The notes under the pieces: generated by a model
The model's input: only the letters and a program-made list of their open reading frames with translations
What the model was told of the DNA's origin: nothing
Databases searched by the model: none
Part shown: positions 23,383-37,066 of the stretch, in pieces
How the letters are laid out: the number at the start of each line of letters is the position of its first letter
How positions within the stretch are numbered: position 1 is the stretch's first letter
Position numbers and translations under genes: made by a program
DNA from: Hypanus sabinus
Taxonomy: Eukaryota
Reading direction: 5' to 3'
DNA: 64,000 bases
Assembly (NCBI RefSeq): GCF_030144855.1
Contig: NC_082739.1
Location: 35,774,001 to 35,838,000, forward strand

Positions 23383-26222
23383 AATCAGAATCAGCTTTAT
23401 TATCACCGGCATGTGACGTCAAATTTGTTAACTTAGCAGCAGCAGTTCAATACAACACAATCTAGCAGAGAGAGCAGAAAAAATAATAAATAAATCAATT
23501 ATGTATATCGAATAGATTTTTAAAATCATGCAAAACCAGAAATACTGTATATTAAAGTGAGCTAGTGCCCAAAGATTCAATGTCCATTTAGGAATCGGGT
23601 GGCAGAGGGGAAGAAGCTGTTCCTGAATCGCTGAGTGTGTGCCTTCAGACTTCTGTATCTCCTACCTGATGGTAATAGAAAATGCCCTGGGTGCTGGAGG
23701 TCCTTAATAATGGGCCCTGCGTTTCTGAGACACCGCTCTCTGAAGATGTCCTGAGTACTTTGTAGGCTAGTGCCCAAGATAGTGCTGACTAGATTTACAA
23801 CCTTCTGCAGCTTCTTTTGGTCCTGTGCAGTAGCCCCTCCATACCAGACAGTGATGCAGCCTGTCAGAATGTTCTCCACAGTACAACTATAGAAGTTGTG
23901 AGTGTTTGTTGATGTGCCAAATCTATTCTCTCTTTCAATAGTTTTATTAGTTTCTGCATAGGGGAATACAGAGTACAAGATGTATATTATAAGTCAAAAG
24001 AATAAAAATAGTACCAAATACATTGTATTAAAATACAGTTACAATCACAAAATCCTGTATTCATAAAAATTAAATTGTAATATTGAAATATAATTTGTTT
24101 TACAGAAAGAAAATTAAACCCACTACCAAAGTCAGCTGTTAGGAAAAGCAAAAAGAAAAGGGGGGGGAATAACTTATCATATAATAAAATATATTATTAG
24201 CCACCATCTGTACTTTCACAACAAATCAAAGGTTTTGAAAATAACTCAAAACTGGTCCCCACAATGTATAAATATCTTGGCTACATTCAAAAACTGAACA
24301 TCGGATCTTCTCTAAATTTAAGCATGCCATAACATCCCAACTATTGAGCATGAGTAGGTGGAACAGCATCCTTCCATTTAAGCAGGAGCGCCCTCCTAGA
24401 TATAGGAGAAGTAAAAGCCAAAATATGCAAATCAGGTGTCTCCAAAATAGTCGTCTTCCAACAATACCAAATAATGTGGTCAAAGGGTTGGGCTTAAAAT
24501 TTACCTTGAAAAATACCAAGAAAGTTTGGAATACTTCCTTCCAGTATCTTTCGAGCCTTGGACATGTCCAAAACATGTGAATTAATGAAGCTTCTCCATT
24601 ATTACATCTATCACAGAAAGGAGATGTATCCGAATAAAAATGAGATAGCTTATCTTCAGCCATGCGAGCCTTATAAACCACTTTAAATTGTAAGAGGAAA
24701 TGACGGGCACATAAAGATGAAGTGTTAACCAATTAAAAAATTTCATTCCAAGTTTCCTCAGAAATTGAAGTCTGTAAATCTTGTTCCCAAAGATTTTTAA
24801 TTTTGTCTATAGGAGCATTTCTCATTCCTAGCAACATACCATAAATATTGGATATTGGACCATTATAAAAAGGTTTCAAATTAAAAATTTACATCTAGTA
24901 AGTCCTTATCAGAACTTATAGGAAATGTATATAATTGAGAATGCAGGAAGTCTCTAATTTGTAAATAATGAAAAAAATGAGTTTTGGGTAAACTATATTT
25001 AGCTGACATTTGCTCAAACGAAGCAAGATTTCCTCCCAACAAACAAATCCTGGAAGCATTTAATACCCAATCTATCCCATTCTTTGAAAACTGAATTGGT
25101 CATCAAAGGTTTAAAAAAATAGTTAAAACAAATGGAACTAGACAATCTCAATAGACCAAAGAATTTCCTAAATTGTACCCAGATCCTCAAAGTATGTTTA
25201 ACTAACAAATTTTCAGTTGGCTTACTAACAGATAAAGGGAGTGAGGATCCGAGAAGAGAAATAATAAAAAAAATTATTAATAGAGTTAGCTTCTTAAAAG
25301 AAACCCATATCGTACAGTCCTCACGGTTAATATATGTCCAAAACGTAAGATTTCATATATTGACTGTCCAATAATAAAACCTAAAATTTGGTAAAGCTAA
25401 GCCTCCATTCTTCTTAGATTTTTGAAGATGAACTTTATTTAGTTGAGAATATTTTTTCATACATAAGGAGATATAATAGAATCGAGAGAATCAAAAAAAA
25501 AGATTTAGGAATAAAAACAGGTAATGCCTGAAAAAGGTATATAATGCCAAATCTCTTCAAAGTCCTAATAAAGTATAGCTGCTGTCTTACGTTGGGACCA
25601 GGTTAGGTCCTTAGAGATCTTGACACCTAGGAACTTGAAGCTGATCGCTCTCTCCACTTCTGATCCCTCTATGAGGATTGGTATGTGTTCCTTCGTCTTA
25701 CCCTTCCTGAAGTCCACAATCAGCTCTTTCATCTTACTGACGCTGAGTGCCAGGTTGTTGCTGTGGCACCACTCCACTAGTTGGCATATCTCACTCCTGT
25801 ACGCCCTCTCATCACTACCTGAGATTCTACCAACAATGGTTGTATCATCAGCAAATTTATAGATGGTATTTGAGCTATGCCTAGCCACACAGTCATGTGT
25901 ATAGAGAGTAGTGCAGTGGGCTAAGCACACACCCCTGAGGTGCACCAGCGTTAATCGTCAGCAAGGAGGATATGTTATCACCAATCTGCACAGATTGTGG
26001 TCTTCCGGTTAGGAAGTCAAGGATCCAATTGCAGAGGGAGGGAGGGAGGCCCTGTTCTGCAACATCTCAATCAGGATTGTGGGAATGATGGTATTAAATG
26101 CTAAGCTATAGTTGCTGAACAGCATCCTGACGTTGGTGTTTGTGTTGTCCAGGTGGTCTAAAGCTGTGTGGAGAGCCATAGAGATTGCATCTGTCATTGA
26201 CCTATTGAGGCGATAGGCAAAA
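23383..26222 (-). mobile_element. Rex1/Babar-type LINE (RT plus DUF1891-like C-terminus), split by an L1 insertion
   Basis: [28 protein letters not shown] (25565..25945), LLPSGRRYRSLKAHTQRFRNSFFP (23577..23978), and a ctgattctgatt tail. Confidence 0.9.
23925..25544 (-). mobile_element. 5'-truncated L1-clade LINE (ORF2 C-terminus with Cys/His zinc motif)
   Basis: CDRCNNGEASLIHMFWTCPRL motif and GGLALPNF remnant. 10-bp TSD TGCCAAATCT at 23915-23924 and 25545-25554. Confidence 0.9.
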
Positions 26223-29200
26223 CTTGCTAAGATGGGCATTGGATTCCAAATCAATACTGATGTAGTCATTTATAGACAGATTGATGGGCCTTTGAATGTG
26301 GCTACCTTTGCCACTTTGTTTATTGTACCATAAAATGGTTCCAATATTGCTACAGAGCCTCAAGGATTAAAGTAAGTGGAGCAGTTCTCTAAACCTACCT
26401 TGTAATTGCCAGAGTATAGGAGATTGAGAGTTGATATGATTGTGTTCGATTGAAGAAAGAAGAGGTAGTAAATATTTTTTAATATTTACCCAATACTATT
26501 AAAACACCAAAATCATGTTTATTAAAAAAACAAATTGGGAAGAACTCTTACCAAAAGAACAATAGAAGCTTGGAACACTGCTCCAAAATTAAGACCATGT
26601 TTGCTGGGTAAAATATGGTGGGATATTTTTAAAAAATGTATTAATGTAGCACATTCAAAATCTAGGGGGTTTTAATCCAATTAAAATTAAGCTAATCTCT
26701 TGAAGTGGAGACACTTGAAAGATGTCAATCTCATAGCAACCGGCTGTGGACAAAGATGGGACATGTGACTGGTAGATCAACCATGATCTAATTGAATGTT
26801 GGAGCAGTGCTCAGGCACTGAATATATTCTCTTCTTGTATTCTAATTGAAGCAAGCAATTGCACTGATTCAGAAGAAAAGCATTCTTTTTAATCAAAAAC
26901 CAGCAATTCAGCTGGACTTGAGTTACAGACTGGAATTTAATCCCACAGTGCAATGATTTATATGTAGTGTGAAGGCAAAGTGGTCAGAGAGCCTGATTCA
27001 CATCAAGGCCCTCTGAGCAATCTTTAAATGAGTCTTTGCCCAGAACTGAGTATTTACAATGTGAAAAGAGATTTGAATAAGTTACAGGCTAGAATCGAAT
27101 TGAAGGTAGTCCCTTTGTCACAAATATTGTGCAATTAATATATCAAGTTCTTGGCATTTTTTATAGACGAACCTCATAATGATCTTAATCTTAACATTTT
27201 AAACCACATGCATGAAGTCCTTCAACTCATGTTAGATATTATATTAGTGAACTGTACTCTTCACTGCATGAAACTGAATAGACTAAATTACTTCACATTC
27301 ACTCCCACACATTCCCAATGGAAGGCTAAATACTCCAGTGTTCCCTGTTGGATTATATCAATCTTTTCCCCATTCACTGTCGTGAGGTATTGTTGTTACA
27401 CGCATAGCAAGAATGCTTATACTATCAAAATTTTAGGCACAGTCCACTCTGCTGCACAATATCGATATTTTAGGCTGTTTGAATATGCTACCTAGAAGAA
27501 GACTGTACAATCTGATGTGATAATTTTACCCTTTATCCCTAGTTTATACTCCAGACTGATGCAGAACAATTCTTGGCAAAGCTCTTGTATTTGCCTTAAT
27601 TCAACAGTACTTGACAATCATTGATAAAGCACTGTTAAGAGGATCTCTCTTGGATGTTTATGAGCAGTTTCTGCAGGATTAACTTGTGTTAGAAAGTTGA
27701 AATAGGCCAGATTTCTTTGTGTAAAACATACATAAAGCCAGTTCAATGAATAATTCATGTCAGCAAGATTTCTGCTAAATTTTAACAAACAAACTCGTAG
27801 TCTGTGGGTGGCTTGGTGCTGAATTAGACCACTGTTCCTTGACCTCTAGGATTTGATGGGCTGGTAATCTCTGATAAGATTACAGTTCCAAACAGGAAAT
27901 ATATTCAAGGCAGTACCAATTCAGGAAAATGCACTTGTGGTATATGTGGTAAGATAATAGTCTGGAAGCAATAATGAATGTAAATACTCTGAGTTTTAAT
28001 TTGAGTTGTCAGTGCTTCAGTTCCAATTAATAAAACTCCACCAAAAAAATGTAAACTACCCCAGTTATTAGGGACTTACTCTATGTTAGGTTTTATCTGA
28101 AAATGATGGCTACTGATAACCTGTTTAATAAATAACAACACACTTCATTTAATGTGTACAAGACTCACCAAGAGCTAACATTTCTTCAGATGGTTGTTAT
28201 CAGTCATCATTTGACCTTATCTAACAATCTGTAAATTTCTCCAATATGCTTCCTACTTTGAAATTCAAACAATTCATGGGTACTAAGGACCCTCTGAGTT
28301 CCTCAGAACCCCACTGCATCCTATTTCAATTACAGTACACTTATAAACCCCTTATGCCTTCTCAAAAAAAAATGTTCTTCCTTTAACAAAGTCCAATGAA
28401 TTGAAGAGTAGAAAATGATAGCCAGTACCTCTTATTTATTCTCTTTTCTAGTAAGAACTTTACCAGGCTAGGCCACTTTTAAAGATGCTCAACCTCTTAA
28501 TATGTTCCCTCATTCTTGAAATAGTCACCTCGATTTTACCTGCCTTTCTAATCTTTGCCATCCTTACTAATCACTTCCCCCCACGTACACAACTCATACC
28601 CAATTATAATCCTGCAGCTACACCTCTACGGTACTGAACTCTTGGTATCTGTCATTTTCCCCTTTTCATCTTAATCTCCCCTCCGCATAAACTTTGTAGG
28701 AATATATTTGGTCTGCTCCTTGAATGTTTCCAAATAGGTATTTCCATGTGGAATCTTCAATTGGTTTATCTTTATCCTTTCTTATATTCTAAATAAAACA
28801 AAATTATAATCACTTTCTGTGAAACATTCTCTCCATCCCTCACACAGGTTCATTCCCTGGAACTGTCCAGTACTATGCACTCCTTTGAACTGGTTAATAA
28901 GACATTTAAGAAAATGTTTTAAGAATTCTGCACCCTCTACACTTTTCACTGTCACATTCCAATATCAGCATAGTTAAAACTCCTGCAATTTTTGCCTTAT
29001 TGTTTTTTATCGTAAAGTCTCCTACATACTTTTACATTTCATACAGTGCCTCGTGCAATTAATTGTCAATCTAGACCACTCTTAATTGTTGTTGAATATG
29101 ACAGAAGTTGAAATACAAAGACACAAGCAGGAAGTGTGTGAGGTTTGTGCGAGGACAGCAACATTAAGTATTGCATCAGGATAGCAACAAATCTAATGTT

Positions 29201-29499
29201 AATTTTATATCTCTGCCTCTCTAGCAGTCTCTGATTTCTCTGTGTCTGTTCCTCAATGCCCCTTGATTTGTTTGTGCTTCTGTACACAGTTCCCTGCTTT
29301 TTTTTTTGAATGCTTCTCAATATCTGTTTTTCTGTGTGGCTGTACATTTCTGTCCAACCACATGTGGGTATGTCAATATCTTGTTTTTTTACTTTTCGGT
29401 TCTCTATCGCTTGTTTTCCCACCTCGCTGCCTTCTCTCCTGGCCACCCATTTCCACCATCATTTTACATTTCCTTTTATTTTTCCATACACTGTTTCAT

Positions 29500-29850
29500 G
29501 ATCCTCTCATTTTTCCCTTCTGAGTATACTTTCATTGGTTCTACCCTAGCCCTTGCTATTTCATTCTGCTTGTCGCCCTTTGTCTCTTTCTCCGCAAACT
29601 CACTGCTTACAGGACTTGGATTTCTCTTTCTGAGCCTCTTCCCTTCTCTCACCCCTTTTCACTTCTCTCACTCTCAATGGGACCTTTCTTTCTCAGTCTC
29701 CCTCTTACTCTTCATCTCACCCTCTCCCACTTCTTCTCACACTCCCCTCCCCCTTCCACACTACCCTTTTGCTCTTCTTCCCTCCTACTTCCCCTCCCCA
29801 ATCACACTCCCCCACTCTCCCAGTACCCTCACCCCCTCCCATCCACTCCA
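29500..29850. repeat. Low-complexity pyrimidine-rich (CT) tract
   Basis: Strongly C/T-biased on the + strand, e.g. ctcccctcccccttccacactacccttttgctcttcttccctcc. Confidence 0.8.
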
Positions 29851-30689
29851 TTACAAGTACTTGAATGCATGTGGAGGGAACATGCTTAGCTTCTCCCCAA
29901 AGAAGTGAAAACTAACCATAAACATCAAACTGAACCAGTTAGGCCCAAGAGCAATGGCCCAAGAAAGTGTCAGATGTTTTGTTTATTTGAAAAACTCAAC
30001 ATTTGAAAAAGAATTAAACACTGTTAGTATATGAGTGGGGAAAGAGAAAAAAAGATTTATGCTTGACAGTTCATTTAACAGACTGTGCAGCTGACAGTTC
30101 AAGAGATGGGACGCTGAACACACACTGGTGATTGCGAACGTGTCAGTGTTTTGTTAAGTCAATTCCACTTGGGATAATTCAACATTATTAAACTGACGGT
30201 TTTTCACAAAAGCTTTTCTCGCCGTGACTGCCCTTCCCCTCCCTGAGCTGTACCCCACACCAACATATTCATGCAGTCTGCTGTGTCTCTGTTCTCAATC
30301 CACCACGTGGGATGGGTCAAAAATAAATTAATTCCTGTCTCACTTTGTCCTGGACTGATTAACTCTGCCAATGCACTGAAATCTGCTTTTAAAGAGTCTG
30401 GCAGCTTGGTTAGTTGTGGGGAGGTGAGTGTAGTTAGTTCTCCAAGATTATCATTTAAAAATAAACTCTAAAGCAGTTGGAAATGTGTCAGAGTCTGAGG
30501 TTGAGGGGTTCAAAGACGGGGATAAGTTAGATTTTCAGTACCCTATCACAGCATTGGTGAAGGTGAGGAAAGTGGAAACAGTGAAACACCAAAGTGATTA
30601 GTGTTCACCATCCTTTGCAAACTTCCAATGTGTTCCAAAATTTACATTCATACTGTCTTTCACAGTTTCATATCCCATTTCCATATGAC

Positions 30690-30862
30690 AGGTGGCACAA
30701 TCTCTCAGCTCCACTGAGCTAGATCAATCCTGACTGCAGGTACAGGCTTTGTGGAATTTACAAATTTTCCCTGTGCTTATCAGGTTTTCCCCCAGAGTTC
30801 CTTCCATGTCCCAAAGCTGTGTGGGTTGGTAGGTTAATTGGCTCTTGTAAATTGCCCATTGA
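30690..30862 (+). mobile_element. Degraded V-SINE
   Basis: V-domain-like ggttttcccccagagttccttccatgtcccaaag...ggtaggttaattggctcttgtaaattgccc. Confidence 0.65.
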
Positions 30863-30870
30863 GTTTGGGT

Positions 30871-31611
30871 ACTTTATTAGGTAAACCTTTCTTGTACTGC
30901 CAGCTGGTGGCATAACGGCATCAGCGCTGGACTTCGGAGCGAAGGCTCCCGAGTTCAAATCCAGCTGGCTCCCTTGCATGCTTTCCATCCATGCTGGGTT
31001 GAGCATTGAGCTAGCAACTCGGCCTTGTAAAAACAAGAAAGCCTGCTAAAAAACCGTCATCATGACGGCATCTCAATGACTCCACTTGGAGTTAAAGGCT
31101 TTCTTCTTCTTCTTCTTCCTTGTACTGGGTTGTAATGGGCCACATCAAGGTTCGATGTATTGTGCTTTCTGACGTTCTGAGATGCCCTTCTCCACACCAC
31201 TGTTGTAATGTGAGTTACTATCACCTTTCTGTCAGCTTGAACCAGTCTGGCCATGCTCCTCTGACCTCTCTCATTAACAAGGTATTTTCAACCACAGAAC
31301 TGCCACTCATTGGATTTTTTTTTTGTTTGTTTTTTTTTGCACCATTTGCTGTAAACTGTGTGTGAAAATCCCAGGAGAGCAGAAATTACTGAGATGCTCA
31401 AGCTCCATCTACCGCCATCTGCCACCAACTGTCATTCCATGGTCAAAGTCTCTTGGATCACATTTCTTCTCCATTCTGATTTTTGGTCTAAACAACAACT
31501 GAACCTTTTGACCGTGTCTGCATGCTTTTATGCATTGAGTTGCTGCCACATGATTGGCTGATTAGATATTTGCATTAATGAGTAGGTGTGCCTCAAAGTG
31601 GCCACTGAGTG
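30871..31611 (-). mobile_element. Internally deleted Tc1 derivative (left TIR truncated), interrupted by a SINE
   Basis: Partial left TIR actttattaggta, right TIR aaagtggccactgagtg, transposase remnant MARLVQADRK. Same family as 61033-61500. Confidence 0.85.
30900..31118 (+). mobile_element. tRNA-derived SINE with (CTT)n tail
   Basis: A box tggcataacgg and B box gagttcaaatc. TSD CTTGTACTG at 30891-30899 and 31119-31127. Confidence 0.88.
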
Positions 31612-31805
31612 AATAAAAAGCACAACTCAAGAAGAAAAGATGTGACATTTATAATCACAAATCAACACTACAGCCAATTAAACGTTTGAAGTGATGCTGT
31701 ACTGAAATAAATAAGAGATTCAGTTTGTGCAGAGTAAGCTCCAATGAACAGGATTGCCATAATGTGTATGGATATTTTAGGAACAACTGAGGAACAGTAA
31801 AGACC

Positions 31806-34400
31806 TAAATGGGTGTTGTCTACAGGCCACCAAACAGTAGCATGGATATTGGGTGCAAGTTGAATAGGGAGTTAACATTGGCATGTGGCAAAGGTAATGT
31901 CACAGTAGTTATGGGGGATTTCAACATGCAGGTGAACTGGGAGAATCAGGTTGGTGCTGGACCACAGGATAGGGAGTTTGTAGAGTGCCTACGGGATGCA
32001 TTCTTGGAACAGCTTGTACGAGAGCCGACCAGGGACAAGACTATTCTGGATTTAGTGTTATGTAATGGACAGGATTTGATAAGCAATCTCGCAGTAAAGG
32101 AGCCATTAGGAGGTAGTGATCACAATATGATAAGCTTTTATCTGCAATTTGAGAAGGATAAGGGCAGCTCGGAGGTGTCAGTGTTGCAGTTGAACAGGGG
32201 AAACTATGGAGCCATGGGGGAGGAGCTGGCCAAAGTTGACTGGATGGATAGCCTAGCAGAAAAGACAGTGGAACAGCAATGGCAGGTATTCTTGGGAATA
32301 ATGCACAAGGTGCAAAATCAGTTCATCCCCCAGAGAAGGAAGGATTCAAAGGGGGGAAAGGGGCCACAGTGGTTGACAAAGGAAGTCAGAGATTGCATAG
32401 CATGAAAAAAAAGGAAATATGATAGAGCTAAGGTGAGTGGGAGGACAGATGATTGGGAAGTTTTTAAGGAACAACAGAACTTAACTAAAAAGACAATACG
32501 GGGAGAAAAAATGAGGTACGAACGCAAGCTAGCCAGAAATATAAAGGAAGATAGCAAAAGCTTTTTTAGGTATGTGAAGAGAAAGAAGATAGTTAAGAAC
32601 AATGTTGGGCCCTTGAAGAATGAATTGGGTGAAACTATTATGGGAAACAGAGAAATGGCAGAAGAATTTAATGAGTACTTTAGATCTGTTTTCACTAAGG
32701 AAGACACAAGCAATCTCCCAGATGTATGGATGGGCCAAGGACATAGGGTAACAGAGGAAATGAAACAGATTGACATTAGGAAGGAAACGGTGATGAGAAG
32801 ACTGATGGGACTGAAGGCTGACAAATCCCCAGGTCCAGTTGGTCTGCATCCGAGGGTACTAAAGGAGGTGGCCCTGGAAGTTGCAGATGCATTGGTAATT
32901 ATTTTCCAATGTTCCTTAGATTCAGAATCAGTTCCTGAGGATTGGAGAATGGCTAATGTTATCCCACTTTTTAAAAAAGGAGGGAGGGAGAAAACAGAGA
33001 ACTATCGACCTGTCAGCCTGACATCGGTGGTGGGGAAGATGCTAGCGTCCATTAATAAGGATGAAATAGTGGCATATCTGGATAGCAGTGATAGGATTGG
33101 GCCGAGCCAGCATGGATTTACCAAGGGTAAATCATGCTTGACTAATCTGTTGGAGTTTTTCGAGGATGCAACCAGGAAGTTAGATGGGGGAAATCCAGTG
33201 GATGTAGTGTACCTCGATTTTCAGAAGGCATTTGATAAGGTCCCACATAGCAGATTGGTGGGTAAAATCAAAGCTCATGGCATTGGGGGGAAGACATTGA
33301 CATGGATAGAAAACTGGTTAGCAGATAGAAAGCAAAGGGTAGCGGTGAATGGGTGTTTCTCGGAATGGCAGGTGGTGACTAGTGGGGTGCTACAGGGCTT
33401 GGTATTGGGACCACAGTTTATTACCATTTACGTTAATGATTTGGATGAAGGCATAAAAAATAACATCAGCAAATTTGCTGATGATACTAAGCTGGGTGGC
33501 AGTGTGACATGTGATGAGGATGTTAGGAGAATTCAGGGTGACTTGGATAGGCTGGGTGAATGGGCAGATACTTGGAAGATTACGTTTAATGTGAATAAGT
33601 GTGAGGTTATCCACTTTGGGAGTAAGAACAGGAAGGCAGATTATTATCTGAACGGTGTAGAGTTGGGTAAGGGAGAAATACAAAGAGGTCTCAGAGTACT
33701 TGTTCATCAGTCACTGAAGGTGAATGAGCAAGTGCAGCAGGCAGTGAAGAAGGCTAATGGAATGTTGGCCTTTATTACAAAGGGAATTGAGTACAAGAGC
33801 AAGGAAATCCTCTTGCATTTGTACAGAGCCCTGGTGAGACCACACCTGGAGTATTGTGTACAGTTTTGGTCTCCAGGGTTAAGGAAGGACATCCTGGCTG
33901 TAGAGGAAGTGCAGCGTAGATTCACGAGGTTAATTCCTGGGATGTCTGGACTGTCTTATGCAGAAAGGTTAGAGAGACTGGGCTTGTACACGCTGGAATT
34001 AAGGAGATTGAGAAGGGATCTGATTGAAACATATAAGATTATTAAGGGATTGGACAAGATAGAGGCAGGAAATATGTTCTAGATGCTGGGAGAGTCCAGT
34101 ACCAGAGGGCATGGTTTGAGAATAAGGGGTAGGTCATTTAGGACAGAGTTAAGGAAAAACTTCTCCTCCCAGAGAGTTGTGGGGGTGTGGAATGCACTGC
34201 CTCGGAAGGTAGTGGAGGCCAATTCTCTGGATGCTTTCAAGAAGGAACTAGATAGGTATCTTATGGATAGGGGAATCAAGGGATATGGGGACAAGGCAGG
34301 AACAGGGTATTGATAGTAATTGATCAGCCATGATCTCAAAATGGTGGTGCAGGCTCGAAGGGCTGAATGGTCTACTTCTGCACATATTGTCTATTGTCTA
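31806..34400 (+). mobile_element. Young 5'-truncated CR1 LINE; ORF2 (partial APE endonuclease plus RT) has no frameshifts but two in-frame stops
   Basis: ORFs 31809..32405, 32433..34082 and 34083..34313 share one frame. Motifs YRPP, GDFN, SDH, YLDFQKAFDKV, KFADDTK, TRGH; (ctattgt)n tail. Confidence 0.97.
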
Positions 34401-34452
34401 ACTTCTACCCCTTTGCCATCAAGCTTCTGAACAGTCTATGAACCCATGGCAA

Positions 34453-37066
34453 AATAGGAAACCAAATCCTTAGAAAGAGTTACATAGGATTGGAAGATGT
34501 AGAATCCTTGTGGGTAGAGTTCTGCAAGGATAAAAAGACCCTGATGTGAGTTATATACAGGTCTCCAAACAGTAGCAAGGATGTGGCATAGAAATTACAA
34601 TTGGAGATAGAAATGGCATGTAAAAAGGGCAATGTTACAATAGTCATGAGGAACTTCAATATACAGGTGGAATGGGAAAATTAGGTTGGTGCTGGATTGC
34701 AAGAAAGGGAGCTTTTAGAATGCCTATGAGTTGCCATTTTAGAGGAGCTTGTAGTTAAGCCCACTAGGAGAAAGACAATTCTGGGGACTGGGTGTTGTGT
34801 AATGAACCAGTTTTCATTAGGGTGTCTAAGGTAAAGGAACCTTAGGAGGCAGTGATCGTAATACGATATAATTCACCCTGTAGTTTGAGAGGGAGAAGAT
34901 AAAGTCAGATGTTTCAGAATTGCAGTGGAGTAAAGGGACATGAGAGAGACACGAGACATGAGAGAGAAGCTGGCCAAATTTGATTGGAAGGGATGCCAGC
35001 AGGGATTACGGCAGAACAGCAAGGGCTGGAGTTTCTGGGGTCAATTCAAAAGGCGCAAGATAGATACATCCCAAAGATGAAGAAGTATTCTAAAAAGAAA
35101 ATGAGACAACTGCGGCTGACAAGGGAAGTCAAAGACAGCTAAAAAGCAAAAGGGAGGGCACACAATATAGTTAGGATTAGTGGGGAGTTAGAGGATTGGG
35201 AAACTATTCAAACCCAACAGAAGGCAACTAAAAAAACTATAGGGAGAAAAAAGGTGAAACAAGAAGGGAAGCTAGCCAATAATATAAAAGAGGACAGCAA
35301 AAGTTTTGCAGATAAATAAAGGGTAAAAAAGAGGTAAGAGTGGATACTGAGAAATGACAATGGGGGACCTAGAAAGAGTAGATGAACATAATAAGTGTTC
35401 TGAGTTAGACTTCAATGTGAAAGACACTCGCAATATGTCAGAAATTCGAGGGTGTCAGGGGACAGAAGTGAGTGCAGTTGCTATTACTAAGGAGAAGGTG
35501 CTTGGGAAACTGAAAGGTCTGAAGGTAGCTCAGTCACCTGGAGCAGATGGACTGCACCCATGATTCTGAAAGACTGTGGAGACATTAGTAATGATCTATC
35601 AAGAATCACTAGATTCTGGAATGGTTCTGGAGGACTGGAAAATTGTAAATATCACTCCACTCTTCAAGAAGGGAGGGAGGCAGAAGAAAGAAAATTATAG
35701 GCCTGTTAGCCTGACTTCAGTGATTGGGAAGATGTTGGAGTCCATTATTAAGGATGTGGTTTTGGGTACTTGGAGGCACATGATAAAATGGGCCCAAATC
35801 ATCATGGGAAATCTTGCCTGACAAATCTGTTGGAACTCTTTGAGGAAATAACAGGCAGGATAGACAAAGGAGAGTCAGTGGATGTTGTTTACTTGGATTT
35901 TCAGAAGGCTTTTGTCAAGGTGCCTCACATGAGGCTGCTTCACAAGATAAGAATCCACGGTAAAATCCAGGAAAGATACTAGCATTGATGGAAGATTGGC
36001 TGTCTGGCAGGAGGCAAAGAGTGGGAATAAAGTGGACCTTTTCTGGTGGGCTGCTGTTGGCTAGTGGTGTTCTGCAGGGATCAGTATTAGGACCACTTCT
36101 TTTTACAATATTTGTCAGTGATTTGGATGATGGAATTGAGGCTTTATGGCCAAGTTTGTGGACGATACAAAGATAGGTAGAAGGGCAGGTAGTGTTATGG
36201 AAGTAGGAAGTCTGCTGAAGTATTTAGGCAGATTGGGAGAATGGAAAAGTGGCAGATGGAATATAGTGTAGGGAAGTGTGTGGTTATGCACTTTGGTAGA
36301 AGGAATAGAAGTGTAGACTATTTTGAAAAAATTCAAAAATCAGAGGTGCAAAGGGTCCCTGTGCAGGATTCCCTAAAGGTTAACTGGCAAGTTGAGTCAG
36401 TGGTTAGGAAGGCCTATGCAATGTTAGCATTCATTTCAAGAGGACTAGGATATAAGAGCAAAGATCTAAAGCTGCAGCTTTATAAGGCATTGGTCAGACC
36501 ACACCCGGAGTACTGTGAGCAGTTTTGAGCCCCCTGCCTAAGAAATTATGTGCTGGCATTGGAAAGGGTTCAGTGGAGGTTTACGAGAATGATTTGGGAA
36601 TGAACAGGTTAATGTATAAGGAGTGTTTGATGGCTCTGGGCCTGCACTCACTGAAGTTTAGAAGAATGAAAGGGGATCTCATTGAAACCTATTGAATATT
36701 GAAAGGCCTAAATAGAGTGATGTGGAAAGGATGTTGCCTATAGTGGGTGAGACTAGGAGCAGAGGGCTCAGCCTCAGAATAGAGGGACTTCCATTTAGAA
36801 CAGAGATGAAGAGGAATTATTTCAGCCAGAAAATGGTGAATCTGTGGAATTCATTACCACGGTCAGCTGTGGAGGCCAGGTCACTGAGTATATTTAAAGT
36901 GGAGGTTGATAGGTTCTTAGCTGATTGGGGTGTGAAAGGATACAGGGAGAATGCAGAAGAATGGGTTTGAGAGAGATGATGGAATGTTTCCACCAGCCAC
37001 GATGGAATGGCAGAGCAGACTCAATGGGCTGAATGGCCTAATTCTGCTCCTATATCTTATGGTCTT
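34453..37066 (+). mobile_element. Older degraded CR1 LINE inserted into a Rex1 3' end
   Basis: EN and RT fragments in several frames. Flanked by a Rex1 ORF end (34401-34448) and a Rex1 3' UTR (37067-37185). Confidence 0.9.

Noticed and set aside
29306-29908. 200-aa ORF rich in F/S/L/P
   Set aside because: Artefact of a CT-rich low-complexity tract that lacks stop codons; no domain or splice structure.
32433-34082. 549-aa reverse transcriptase as a domesticated gene or retron-like system
   Set aside because: Ordinary CR1 ORF2 in a 5'-truncated copy with in-frame stops and many paralogues in the window.
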